Positions 1 to 9,777 are shown, numbered from the stretch's first letter. The stretch is 55,087 nt of DNA from Bacteroidota bacterium (GCA_037128115.1 JBAXXB010000002.1:1-55087), one strand, 5' to 3'. Numbers and translations are program-made. Notes: a model not told the origin generated them from the sequence alone.

Positions 1-540
1 GCATCCACCATGTATTATGTTACGATCACCAGCGGAACCTGCACGGCTTCCGATTCGGTGAAGGTAGTCGTCAACCCTGTGCCGGGGAAACCCGTGATAA
101 GTCTTTATGGTGATTCACTGCTTTCGAGCAGTACCGGTGGCAATCAATGGTACAAGAACGGTATACTGATCCCCGGCGCAAACCAGGACTTCTACATCCC
201 GACCCAGGCCGGGAGTTACCAGGTGAGTACTACCAATATAGCGGGATGCACATCTGCTCTTTCGGAACCGTTTCTGTTTACTTCTTTATCCGGGCAAACA
301 TATCCTGAAGTACCAGGCATATTCCCTAACCCGACGAACGGAATTCTTTGCATCAAAGGCTTGTCCGGGATATCAGGCAAAGTAAGCCTGGCCATTTATT
401 CCCCAACCGGTAAACTTTTCACCCTGGTGGAAGCTTCCGGCACTGTAAATATCTCGCTGCTTCCTTCCGGCATATATGTAGCTAAACTCATAAACAACGA
501 TAGAATCATTCTGACACAAAAAATAGCTTTGATCAAATAA
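1..540 (+). CDS. T9SS-sorted secreted protein, C-terminal part (gene begins upstream of the window)
   Basis: The frame is open from base 1, so the ATG at 10 is probably internal. The C-terminus (FPNPTNGILCIKG...GIYVAKL...KIALIK) matches a Por/T9SS C-terminal sorting domain. The preceding module (NPVPGKPVIS..GNQWYKNG..AGCTS) is the same type that precedes the CTD of the 2284-aa protein. Confidence 0.8.
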   Translation, partial: ASTMYYVTITSGTCTASDSVKVVVNPVPGKPVISLYGDSLLSSSTGGNQWYKNGILIPGANQDFYIPTQAGSYQVSTTNIAGCTSALSEPFLFTSLSGQTYPEVPGIFPNPTNGILCIKGLSGISGKVSLAIYSPTGKLFTLVEASGTVNISLLPSGIYVAKLINNDRIILTQKIALIK

Positions 541-642
541 GCTTAGCCTATGTATCGAAGTAAAATTCAGGAGTTCGTAATTTTGTGGCCTAAATGTGGA
601 TAAACATCTGAATTGAAAAACACTACCACTCATACACGTATC

Positions 643-1854
643 ATGAAGAAAAAAGTCTGTTTTTACATAATAAGCCTGGTGCTGCTGGTATCAGGGACGG
701 CAAATTCGCAAAGTTTTACCAATTACACCACAGCAAACGGCTTGCCTGACAACAATGTGAACGGAGTAGTTGTTGACAGTAATAATGTAAAATGGTTCGG
801 AACCCAAAGCGGGGTTGCACGGTTCAACGATGTTACATGGCAGGTTTTCACCACTGCCGACGGGCTGGTGGATAATTATATAAACTGCATCGCTGTCGAT
901 AAGAATAACCACATATGGGTTGGAACCGACATAGGTGCCTGCTTTTACAACGGGTTAAACTGGAAAACCTACACAACGGCTGACGGGCTGATCAACAACA
1001 CTATCAGTTATATAACGGCAGGTGCCGACGGCAATGTATGGATAGGAACCGGATCGGGCATGTCGAAATTTGACGGCACCACCTTTACAAATTATACTAC
1101 TTCCAACGGACTGCCTTCGAACATGGTAAGCTACATAGCCGTGGACGGCAGTAACAATGTCTGGATTGGAACCTGGATTGGCGGATTGGCTAAATTTGAC
1201 GGCACAAGTTTTAGAACCCTTACTACCCTCGATGGTTTGCCCGTCGATAATATCACCTCAATAGCCATCGACAAGGCCGGCAATAAATACGTCGGTACTT
1301 TTTCCGGTGTTGCGGTCCTGGATAGCACAGATACCTTTGTCAGGAATTTCACTTCAGCCAATGGCCTGTTTAACAACTATGTGCAGGACCTCGACCTTGA
1401 CTCACATTCACAGGTATGGGCAGCCATTTACGCCGATTACCTTCAGGAAGGTGGGTTAAGCCGTTATAACCAGGCGACCTGGAGTTCTTTTTCGGTGGGT
1501 GACGGGCTGGTAAATAACCTGGTCAGGCGGCTGACGGTGGATAAAACCGATCATGTTTGGATAGCCACAGGCCAGGGCGTTTCCGACTATTACCCCGGCA
1601 GCTATGGGATCAGCGAAATAGCCATGGAAGCAGAATCCGTTTACCCCAACCCGGCACATGAACAGCTTGTGATCAGGCATAAAAACAACGACTCAGTCCT
1701 GTCCTTATACGATGCTACGGGAAAAGAATCGCTGACTTCAATCCTAACAGGAGAAAACACTTGCATTGATATACAGTCATTGCAACCAGGAATTTATTTG
1801 CTCCGGATCAGGGATGCCAACAAGGTGTACAGTTCTAAAATAATAATACAGTGA
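643..1854 (+). CDS. Two-component-regulator-propeller-like (Reg_prop repeat) secreted protein with T9SS C-terminal domain
   Basis: Signal peptide MKKKVCFYIISLVLLVSGTANSQ at the internal ATG 643 (the listed start at 613 is TTG). About 7 repeats of the pattern T..(D/N)GL..N.(V/I)..I..D..(N/G)..W(I/V)GT. The C-terminus VYPNPAHEQLVIRH...GIYLLRI is a T9SS CTD. Confidence 0.8.
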   Translation: MKKKVCFYIISLVLLVSGTANSQSFTNYTTANGLPDNNVNGVVVDSNNVKWFGTQSGVARFNDVTWQVFTTADGLVDNYINCIAVDKNNHIWVGTDIGACFYNGLNWKTYTTADGLINNTISYITAGADGNVWIGTGSGMSKFDGTTFTNYTTSNGLPSNMVSYIAVDGSNNVWIGTWIGGLAKFDGTSFRTLTTLDGLPVDNITSIAIDKAGNKYVGTFSGVAVLDSTDTFVRNFTSANGLFNNYVQDLDLDSHSQVWAAIYADYLQEGGLSRYNQATWSSFSVGDGLVNNLVRRLTVDKTDHVWIATGQGVSDYYPGSYGISEIAMEAESVYPNPAHEQLVIRHKNNDSVLSLYDATGKESLTSILTGENTCIDIQSLQPGIYLLRIRDANKVYSSKIIIQ

Positions 1855-4121
1855 TCCGTACGCTGATTTTAACTGCCTTCTTCCTCCTGGCATGCGGCAA
1901 TTGTTTGCAGGCTCAGGATACTTTTTACGAAACTGACCAATTACAGGAAATCCGGATCACTTTTAGTGAAGCTAACTGGAGCCATGTGCTTGACAGTCTG
2001 TATCTTAATTTTGGTGACAATGGCCGTTTAGTCGGCGATGTGGTCATCAACGGGCAAGTGATCAAAAAAGCCGGTGTACGGTATAAAGGATTCAGTTCGT
2101 GGAACGAAGGCGTGATTAAAAACCCTTTTAATGTCGAACTGGACTACACCGTTAAAAATCAGAACTACCAGGGGCATACCAAGCTGAAGCTCAGCAATGT
2201 AATCGAAGATCCTTCCTTTGTGCGTGAAGTGCTATCGTATGAAATCGCCCGGAAATACATGCCGGCCTCAAGAGCCAATTTTGCAAAGCTGTATATAAAT
2301 GATAGCCTGATTGGCCTGTATACCAGTGTGGAGGCCGTTGATAAAACTTTCGTTCTGGCTCATTACGGATCTTCGGCCAACAGTTTCTTTAAGGGTGAAC
2401 CCGACACGCTTGTATACCCCTTCGGGCAGAATGCAAACCTCGCATACACACACGGCAGCGACAGTTCCGCGTATAAACCTTTTTACAACATGGAGTCGAA
2501 GGTGGGCTGGAACGACCTGCTGAATTTTATACGGGTGCTGAACAACTCCACCGACAGCATTCCTTATGTCCTGAATACGGATCGGGCTCTTTGGATGCAT
2601 GCCTTCAATTATACCTTGTTGAATCTCGACAGTTATATCGGCTATTCGCAAAACTACTATATCTATAAGGATAACCTCGGTCGTTTTAATCCGATTGTCT
2701 GGGACCTGAATATGTCATTCGGCAGTTTCAGGGAGTCGGACGCTTCATACAACTTCCTGGGGATAGCCATACCAAAGATCAAGGTACTGGATCCAATGGA
2801 ATTGCTCAATTTCTGCATATCTCCACGGCCTCTTATAACCAGGCTGATCGAAAAGGATACCTGGAGGAAGATGTATCTCGCTCACATGAGAACGATACTG
2901 AATGAGAATTTCGCAAATAACGCTTTTTATACCAGGGCCAGGGAATTGCAGAACGAAATCGATGCCAGTGTAAAGGAAGATACGCACAAGTTCTATTCCT
3001 ATTCCGATTTTCTCGCAAATGCGGATACTACGGTTGGAGGAAGCGGGACAATGATCCTGTATCCTGGTCTCAGTGACCTGATGAGGGACAGGACTAATTA
3101 CCTTGCGACCTATCCCGGGTTTAGCGGTGAGCCGACCATTTCGCGTATCAACCACGAGCCGGATGTGCCTGTTATGGGAAGCCCCTTGTGGATCACAGCA
3201 TCAGTAATTTCTGCCAAAAATGTTACACTTGCTTACCGTTTTGGCCCGGATAAGGCTTTCACAAAAATATCCATGCTCGACGACGGAAATTCGCACGACG
3301 GCGCAGGGAACGACGGCATCTATGGAGTTGCTATTGAGGCATCGGACACGCTAATTCAGTATTATATCTATGCCGAAAACGACAGCGCAGGCAGTTTTTC
3401 TCCCGAAAGAGCCGAATATGAATTTTACACGGTGCAACCCCAGGTCAAGGCAGGGGAACTGGTGATCAACGAAATCCTCACTACTGGCGACAACCTGCTT
3501 GCCGGCGAAGATGCTGTAAACAACGACTGGATTGAAGTGCTCAATACCAGCAGCGGAACCATACAACTTACGGGCTTTTCACTGCTGCAGCAGCCCGATA
3601 GTATCTACTGGGAATTCCCGAACATTTCGGTACCGGCCGGCAAATTTGTTATGGTTTGGGCTGATGGATCAGGTGCACCACATGCGGGCTTTACGCTCCC
3701 TCAATCCGGGGGAATGCTTACATTGCGCAATTCGGGTGGAATGGCTATCGATTCGGTGGAATATGGATGGCAGGTGAATGGGAAATCCACGGGAAGGTAT
3801 CCGAATGGAACCGGTTCATTCAAATTTATGGAACCAAGTCCGGGTAAAAATAATACTTTTGGGTCTACTCCTGAATCTGGGTTCCGGTTATACCCCAACC
3901 CGGCCAGGGAACAGATCACTGTTGAGTTCAGCAACCGGGATTTACCTTACGGAATCGAAATGTATAACTCAAAAGGACAATGTGTATACAGTCGTCAATT
4001 CCAGGCCGAATCGTTCACCTCGGTTGCAGTCCCGCTTGATGTGTCAGTATTACCGGGATTGTACCTTGTAAAGCTCAGTACTGATGGCAGTGTATTTACA
4101 AAGAAGCTAATTGTTTATTAA
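1851..4121 (+). CDS. CotH kinase family protein with lamin-tail-like domain and T9SS C-terminal domain
   Basis: GTG start overlaps the previous stop (GTGA). Signal peptide MIRTLILTAFFLLACGNCLQAQ. CotH-like core (KLKLSNVIEDPSFVREVLSYEIARKY..., NYYIYKDNLGRFNPIVWDLNMSFG). LTD-like segment (ELVINEILTTGDN..NDWIEVLNTSSGTIQLTGFSL..GGMLTLRNSGGMAIDSVEYG). CTD FRLYPNPAREQITVEF..GLYLVKL. Confidence 0.8.
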   Translation: MIRTLILTAFFLLACGNCLQAQDTFYETDQLQEIRITFSEANWSHVLDSLYLNFGDNGRLVGDVVINGQVIKKAGVRYKGFSSWNEGVIKNPFNVELDYTVKNQNYQGHTKLKLSNVIEDPSFVREVLSYEIARKYMPASRANFAKLYINDSLIGLYTSVEAVDKTFVLAHYGSSANSFFKGEPDTLVYPFGQNANLAYTHGSDSSAYKPFYNMESKVGWNDLLNFIRVLNNSTDSIPYVLNTDRALWMHAFNYTLLNLDSYIGYSQNYYIYKDNLGRFNPIVWDLNMSFGSFRESDASYNFLGIAIPKIKVLDPMELLNFCISPRPLITRLIEKDTWRKMYLAHMRTILNENFANNAFYTRARELQNEIDASVKEDTHKFYSYSDFLANADTTVGGSGTMILYPGLSDLMRDRTNYLATYPGFSGEPTISRINHEPDVPVMGSPLWITASVISAKNVTLAYRFGPDKAFTKISMLDDGNSHDGAGNDGIYGVAIEASDTLIQYYIYAENDSAGSFSPERAEYEFYTVQPQVKAGELVINEILTTGDNLLAGEDAVNNDWIEVLNTSSGTIQLTGFSLLQQPDSIYWEFPNISVPAGKFVMVWADGSGAPHAGFTLPQSGGMLTLRNSGGMAIDSVEYGWQVNGKSTGRYPNGTGSFKFMEPSPGKNNTFGSTPESGFRLYPNPAREQITVEFSNRDLPYGIEMYNSKGQCVYSRQFQAESFTSVAVPLDVSVLPGLYLVKLSTDGSVFTKKLIVY

Positions 4122-4144
4122 TCCAGAAATACAAAGTGAAATAC

Positions 4145-4558
4145 ATGAACCTTTTAATCAAAAAGTACCTGTTGACCGGAATACCAGCACTATTCCTGGC
4201 AATCACCGTCCTTTCGTGCAGCAAGGAATCCGGAACCGGCGGGAATTCCACTATCTACGGTAAAGTTTACGTGAAAGATTACAATGCTGCCTTCACTGTT
4301 CTTGAAGATGAATATTACGGGCAGGATGAGGAAGTATACCTGATCTATGGCGATGACCGTTCGTACAGTGAACATATTAACACTACCTATAACGGTAGTT
4401 TCGAATTCAAGTACCTGAGGCCGGGCACCTACCACCTCTATTGCTATTCGAAAGATTCCACCTTGTTGACTAAAGCCATGGTACCCATTGTCAGGGATGT
4501 TACCATCGATAAAAAGAAACAGGAAACGGAAGTTCCTGAAATTGTTATTTTTAAATAA
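4145..4558 (+). CDS. Small lipoprotein with carboxypeptidase-regulatory-like beta-sandwich pattern
   Basis: Lipobox-like LAITVLSCSKE. The pattern IYGKVYVKDYN....GSFEFKYLRPGTYHLY is typical of CarboxypepD_reg-like domains. ATG at 4145 is preferred over GTG at 4136. Confidence 0.6.
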   Translation: MNLLIKKYLLTGIPALFLAITVLSCSKESGTGGNSTIYGKVYVKDYNAAFTVLEDEYYGQDEEVYLIYGDDRSYSEHINTTYNGSFEFKYLRPGTYHLYCYSKDSTLLTKAMVPIVRDVTIDKKKQETEVPEIVIFK

Positions 4559-4564
4559 AATGCG

Positions 4565-5131
4565 ATGAAAACCACTCTTGGCACACTTATACTGTTGCTT
4601 TTATGCAACCTGGCTTATTGCCAGTCGAATAAGGAGATTAAACTTAACAAGATCAAATCTATCACTACCTTCCAGAACGATAAGGATGAGAGCCCTTCGT
4701 CGGCATATAAAGATGCATACGAAGCCTACGATAAGAATGGCAATACCACCCTGAAGATCAGGTACAAAAAGGATGGATCGGTTGAGAAAAAGGAAACAGC
4801 CCGCTTTGATAAAAACCAGAATAAGGTCGAGGAATTTGAATACGATGGGAAAAACGAAGTTGTCACGCATAAGGTATTCGTTTACAACGCTTTTCAAAAG
4901 AAAACAGAAGAACGGGAATACTCGCCTGCCGGGGAACTCAGTAAGCAAACCGTATTTACTTATACCCCGGCCGGGGAAAAGAACACGGAAACCGTTTCGG
5001 ATGCCAAAGGAAATATCGTGAAGCTGGTGGAATACAAATACAATCCGCGAAACCTGAAAACGGAGCGTACCAGCACGAACAAGGCGAAACAGGTAGAATC
5101 CATCAAAAAGTGGGCTTACGAATATTATTGA
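4565..5131 (+). CDS. Secreted hypothetical protein with short K/E/N-rich repeats
   Basis: Signal peptide MKTTLGTLILLLLCNLAYCQ. Loose repeats are present (YDKNGN.., FDKNQNKVEEFEYDGKNEV, DAKGNIVKLVEYKYN). No family was recognised. Confidence 0.55.
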   Translation: MKTTLGTLILLLLCNLAYCQSNKEIKLNKIKSITTFQNDKDESPSSAYKDAYEAYDKNGNTTLKIRYKKDGSVEKKETARFDKNQNKVEEFEYDGKNEVVTHKVFVYNAFQKKTEEREYSPAGELSKQTVFTYTPAGEKNTETVSDAKGNIVKLVEYKYNPRNLKTERTSTNKAKQVESIKKWAYEYY

Positions 5132-5138
5132 CAGGAAA

Positions 5139-5903
5139 ATGCCTGATACGACCGGAATTCCCTATACACTGCATACATTTGAGCCTATCAGCCTCAAAGA
5201 AATGGACGCGGTTAGACTACTCGACAGGGTTGATGTCAAGTATATGTTCCACCGCGACCTTTTGCAGGATATATTGCAGCAATCAGCAAGGGATTACAGG
5301 GTGCTGACCATTGCAGGATCGGGTTTCAGCCGTTACGAAACCCGGTATTTCGACACGCCGGACCTGGAAATGTACCTGCAGCATCACAATGGGAAACTCA
5401 ACAGGCATAAGGTGCGTTTCCGCGACTATGTGGATTCGGGCATACGCTTTTTCGAAGTAAAACTGAAAACAAATAAGGGCCGTACTATCAAGGACAGGGT
5501 GAAACAGAATAGCCCGGCCTACAGGATTGAAGGCGATTCAGAACTTCTGCTGAAAGAAAAAACCGGGTATGATCCATCCATGCTTGTTCAGTCGATACAG
5601 GTGAATTACAAGCGTATTACCCTGGTGCGCAAAGATATGACTGAACGACTGACCCTGGATTTTGATCTGAGTTTCCTGTTCAAAAACACCAATAAGCATT
5701 TCCCTAACCTTGTAATAGCCGAAGTTAAACAGGATTTAGCCGCCAGGTCGCCTTTCATTGCTACCATGCAGTCCAGGTATATTCCGGCCCATTCTCTCAG
5801 TAAGTACTGCCTCGGGATTGCGGTAATGAATCCCGGTATCAAAACCAATAATTTTAAATCTAAACTCCTCCATATTCAAAAAATGTGTCATGACAACCTA
5901 TAG
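5139..5903 (+). CDS. VTC domain (polyphosphate polymerase-like, CYTH-like tunnel fold) protein
   Basis: Motifs LLDRVDVKYMF, YETRYFDTPDLEMY, LNRHKVRFRDY and FFEVKLKTNKGRTIKDR fit bacterial VTC-domain proteins. No signal peptide. Confidence 0.75.
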   Translation: MPDTTGIPYTLHTFEPISLKEMDAVRLLDRVDVKYMFHRDLLQDILQQSARDYRVLTIAGSGFSRYETRYFDTPDLEMYLQHHNGKLNRHKVRFRDYVDSGIRFFEVKLKTNKGRTIKDRVKQNSPAYRIEGDSELLLKEKTGYDPSMLVQSIQVNYKRITLVRKDMTERLTLDFDLSFLFKNTNKHFPNLVIAEVKQDLAARSPFIATMQSRYIPAHSLSKYCLGIAVMNPGIKTNNFKSKLLHIQKMCHDNL

Positions 5904-6615
5904 CAAACTCCTTGTTTTCCTGCTTTTTCTCATGCTCGCCACCCCGGTTGCCACTTTTGCCATCCAGATTGCCGATAACGAAATTACAGCCTTTGACGAA
6001 ACGGAAACACCACAGACAAAATCCGAAAAGAAAAAAGAAAAGGATAAAGATATAGTAAGCATCACACCCAGGTTTTTTATTACCCTGGGGATAGATGTTG
6101 CCATGGTTCTACTTATCATTTTCCTGATTTATTATCCCAATTACCGGAAAATGGACACGATCTTTACCTTTATCGTGTTCAATATCATGATTTTCCTGCT
6201 GACTTTTGTACTGAACAAGGTGAAAATATCCATGGGAGCCGCATTCGGCCTTTTTGCGGTTTTTTCGATGCTGAGGTACCGGACCGAGGGAATAGGGATG
6301 AAGGACATGACTTACCTGTTTATCTTCATTGCGATAGGGCTGATAGGTGGCATTCAGCTCGATTATACCGTGCTGGCAGTAATATGCGCTATTGTATTTA
6401 TACTCACGTTTATACTCGATTCTAATTTTATCCTAAAGAGAGAATTATGCCAGAGTATTGAGTTCGAAAAAATCGAGATGATAAAACCTGAATTGAACGA
6501 TCAGCTTCTTGAAGAACTAAGGGCACGAACGGGTCTGAAAATTCATCGTATTGCCATAAAAAAACTTGACTATCTCAGGGACATGGCTTCTATCAGGATT
6601 TATTACTATGAATAA
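5890..6615 (+). CDS. DUF4956 family integral membrane protein
   Basis: Overlaps the VTC gene by 14 nt. Several hydrophobic helices and the characteristic GLFAVFSMLRYRTEGIGMKDMTYLFIFIAIGLIGG block. N-terminal signal-like helix followed by a KSEKKKEKDKD linker. Confidence 0.75.
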   Translation: MTTYSKLLVFLLFLMLATPVATFAIQIADNEITAFDETETPQTKSEKKKEKDKDIVSITPRFFITLGIDVAMVLLIIFLIYYPNYRKMDTIFTFIVFNIMIFLLTFVLNKVKISMGAAFGLFAVFSMLRYRTEGIGMKDMTYLFIFIAIGLIGGIQLDYTVLAVICAIVFILTFILDSNFILKRELCQSIEFEKIEMIKPELNDQLLEELRARTGLKIHRIAIKKLDYLRDMASIRIYYYE

Positions 6616-7282
6616 ACTCGCGAAATTCAGGGTCTGTGTTCTGTTAATACTTCTTTTTATAGGGGTGCGTGGCTTATGCCAGGTGAATGATGCCGGGTCG
6701 TGGCTCTCGGTAAATGTGCAGAAAAAACTCAGCCAGGCTGCATCCCTGACTTTTTCACAGGAAGTCCGTCTCATGGAAAACTTTTCGGAAGCCGCCACCG
6801 TGTTCAGTGATTTCGGAATCGGATACCGCCTGGATAAACATTTTAAACTTGCCGCCAATTACCGGCTGGTGAAGAACCGCAGGCTTGATGACAGCTATGA
6901 GACGAGGAACCGCTTCTATGCTGACCTGAGCTACCGCCGCAAATTTGACCCCATAGAACTAATTGTCAGAGAACGTTTCCAGTCGGAATTTGCCGGGCAT
7001 AACACAGGTATACGGATTAACCCCGAACTGTATTCCAGGACCAAAGCAACACTGAAGTTAGACCTTGACAGGAAGTTAGTGCCTTATGCATATACCGAAG
7101 TATTTCAGCCCCTTAACAATCCTGAAGCCCGGTTTACTGACAAAATACGGTATTGTGCCGGCCTTGAATTCCAGTTTACACCCAGGCACATGATCGATTT
7201 CAATTACATGATTCAAAACAAATTCAATACGCCCTGGGAAAATGACTTCGTGTTTGGGTTCGGGTATTATCTCACACTCTGA
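6608..7282 (+). CDS. Predicted outer-membrane beta-barrel protein (DUF2490-like)
   Basis: The internal ATG at 6608 gives signal peptide MNKLAKFRVCVLLILLFIGVRGLCQ and overlaps the DUF4956 stop (ATGAATAA). Alternating hydrophobic/aromatic strands run to the C-terminus (FVFGFGYYLTL). The family name is from memory of similar Bacteroidota proteins. Confidence 0.55.
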   Translation: MNKLAKFRVCVLLILLFIGVRGLCQVNDAGSWLSVNVQKKLSQAASLTFSQEVRLMENFSEAATVFSDFGIGYRLDKHFKLAANYRLVKNRRLDDSYETRNRFYADLSYRRKFDPIELIVRERFQSEFAGHNTGIRINPELYSRTKATLKLDLDRKLVPYAYTEVFQPLNNPEARFTDKIRYCAGLEFQFTPRHMIDFNYMIQNKFNTPWENDFVFGFGYYLTL

Positions 7283-7508
7283 TCCGGGAGAATAATCAGG
7301 TCAATTTCACTGCTTTAGACCCTGTAAAGTCTGTTAAAAACCAGGAAAGAACTCATTGTCACTAAAATGAGTTTCTGGAGGTGAAATTGCGGGACAGAGA
7401 AGAGTTAATGTATAGTTGTTAGGTACTCTCACATTTCCCTCCTTTAATGCAGGGAGATTTGACTCTGTTAAATCACAAGTGGCCTTCCAAGAGTTGGCCA
7501 ATATATAA

Positions 7509-7940
7509 TTTTATCATCACCACCCTTTTGGTTACGAAGAATTTCTCACTACCACCCTGAAAGCCGGGAAGCTTATAGAGAGGGAAGGATATAGAAATAC
7601 AAGCTTCGAGACCAATGAACACTTCCTGTTTATTAAAAGCGAATATAAAAACAGCAGGATCAATTTTACGGACATTATGTATATAGAAGGTATGAAAGAT
7701 TATGTTAAAATCTTTCTCCGCAATGAATCCAGCCCGGTGCTTTCAATCCATTCGCTGAAATCACCTGAGACCAAACTGCCGGCTTCGCAGTTTAGGCTTG
7801 TATACCGGCCCTATATAGTTAATCTCCAGCGGATTGAAACTATTGAACGGTTCAGAATTGTATTCGGGAATGTATATATCCCGGTAAGTGACCAGTTTAA
7901 AGATGTATTTCAGAAATTCCCGGATGAAAATTTCTTATAG
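7509..7940 (+). pseudogene. LytTR-family response regulator remnant (receiver domain missing)
   Basis: The frame is open from 7509 without a start codon: ..PFGYEEFLTTTLKAGKLIERE..FLFIKSEYKNSRINFTDIMYIEGMKDYVKIFL...FRLVYRPYIVNLQRIETIE. This is the receiver-domain end plus a LytTR DNA-binding domain. Only 226 nt lie between it and the previous gene, too little for a receiver domain. Confidence 0.6.
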
Positions 7941-8109
7941 TGTCAGACACCCTTCGGGTGTTCAGACACTAGCCCTACTTTCAGCATAATTATCCCGGAC
8001 ACCATGGTTTAGCATGCAACCCGTTTTGTCCTGCCTTCGATGCCCTTCCCCTGGCCTGTGAATTACACCCTCATCAGCCGGATGTAGACTGTCCATTACC
8101 CCAATCGCA

Positions 8110-9777
8110 CTACTTGTACCCCTGGTTATGAACCGCTTTCACAGCGCGGCCCGAGGGATCGTTCACATTGCGGAACGAGGCATCCCAGGCCAGGGCTTCG
8201 GGTGTGCTGCAGGCAACCGAAGGCACTGAAGGCACGCATTGTGCGGCAGCATCGGACGGGAAATAATCGCTGAAGATGGAACGATAATAATACTCTTCCT
8301 TCGACATAGGCGGGTTTACCGGGAAGCGGTAACCGGCATTCAGCAACTGCTCATCGCTTACTTTTGCGGAAGTGAGTTCCTTCAAGGTGTCGATCCAGCT
8401 ATAGCCTACACCATCCGAAAATTGTTCTTTCTGTCGCCAGGCAATACTTGCTGGAAGGTAGTCTTCGAAGGCTTTGCGCAAAATCCACTTCTCCATTTTG
8501 CCATCTGCCGCCATTTTATCGGCTGGGTTCAGCCGCATGGCCACATCCAGGAATTCCTTGTCGAGAAAAGGAACCCGTCCTTCCACCCCCCATGCTGCCA
8601 GCGATTTATTGGCCCGGAGACAATCGTAGAGATGCAGTTTTGAAAGTTTTCTTACAGTTTCCTCGTGGAAGGCCTGTGCATCAGGTGCCTTATGAAAATA
8701 AAGGTACCCTCCGAAAACTTCGTCGGCACCCTCACCCGAAAGCACCATTTTGATCCCCATCGATTTGATCACCCTCGCCATCAGGTACATAGGGGTCGAT
8801 GCCCTGATGGTGGTCACATCATAGGTTTCGAGGTGGTACACCACATCGCGTAAAGCATCCAGGGCTTCCTGTATGGTAAATTCTATTTCATGGTGCACCG
8901 AACCTATATGCCCGGCTACGATCCGGGATGCCGCAAGGTCGGGCGAGCCCTTTAATCCTACGGCGAAGGAATGCAGTTGCGGCCACCAGGCTTCCTGCAG
9001 GTCGTGGGATTCCACGCGTCGTGCCGCGTACTTTTTGGCTATGGCCGAAATGATTGACGAATCCAATCCACCCGAAAGCAGGACACCATAAGGAACATCC
9101 GACATCAGCTGCCGGTGAACGGCTTCTTCCAGGGCCATGCGCAGGTCGTGCAGGCTGGTGTGGTTATCTTTCACGCTGGAGAACTCCGTCCAGTCGCGTT
9201 GATACCATTTCCGCATTTCGCCTTCTTTACTGTAGAGGTAATGTCCCGGCAGGAACTCTTCCATGCGGTTGCAGGTTCCTTCGAGTGCTTTCAGTTCCGA
9301 AGCCACATAAAAATTCCCGAATTTATCCCATCCCATGTATAAGGGGATAATCCCCATATGGTCGCGGGCGATCAGGTAACAATCATTTTCGGAATCGTAT
9401 AAGGCAAAAGCAAAAATACCGCTCAGTTCTTCGAGGAAATCAACTCCCTTCTCCCGGTATAGGGCAAGGATCACCTCACAATCCGACTGGGTTAGGAATT
9501 CATACTGCTGAGACAGGTTTTTACGGATATCCAGGTGATTGTATATTTCACCGTTTACTGATAAAATCAGTTTCCCGTCAGCGCTCTTCAGGGGTTGGCC
9601 ACCTGACTGGGGATCGACGATCGAAAGCCGTTCATGGGCCAGTATAGCTTTTTCACCGCAATAAATGCCCGACCAGTCCGGCCCTCGGTGACGTATTTTT
9701 TTTGACATGTCCAGTACCTGCAGCCTTAAATCCTGCGAAGCCGTTTTTAATTCGAAAACACCGACAATTCCACACAT
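8110..9777 (-). CDS. asnB: Asparagine synthase (glutamine-hydrolysing)
   Basis: MCGIVGVF N-terminus (Ntn amidotransferase Cys2), so the start is 9777 rather than 9822. LLSGGLDSS PP-loop motif. Length about 555 aa. Confidence 0.93.
   Translation of the reverse strand: MCGIVGVFELKTASQDLRLQVLDMSKKIRHRGPDWSGIYCGEKAILAHERLSIVDPQSGGQPLKSADGKLILSVNGEIYNHLDIRKNLSQQYEFLTQSDCEVILALYREKGVDFLEELSGIFAFALYDSENDCYLIARDHMGIIPLYMGWDKFGNFYVASELKALEGTCNRMEEFLPGHYLYSKEGEMRKWYQRDWTEFSSVKDNHTSLHDLRMALEEAVHRQLMSDVPYGVLLSGGLDSSIISAIAKKYAARRVESHDLQEAWWPQLHSFAVGLKGSPDLAASRIVAGHIGSVHHEIEFTIQEALDALRDVVYHLETYDVTTIRASTPMYLMARVIKSMGIKMVLSGEGADEVFGGYLYFHKAPDAQAFHEETVRKLSKLHLYDCLRANKSLAAWGVEGRVPFLDKEFLDVAMRLNPADKMAADGKMEKWILRKAFEDYLPASIAWRQKEQFSDGVGYSWIDTLKELTSAKVSDEQLLNAGYRFPVNPPMSKEEYYYRSIFSDYFPSDAAAQCVPSVPSVACSTPEALAWDASFRNVNDPSGRAVKAVHNQGYK

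Noticed and set aside
7946-7963. Small hairpin ACACCC-TTC-GGGTGT after the LytTR remnant, as a terminator.
   Set aside because: It has only a 6-bp stem with a 3-nt loop and no following T run. It is too weak to call.
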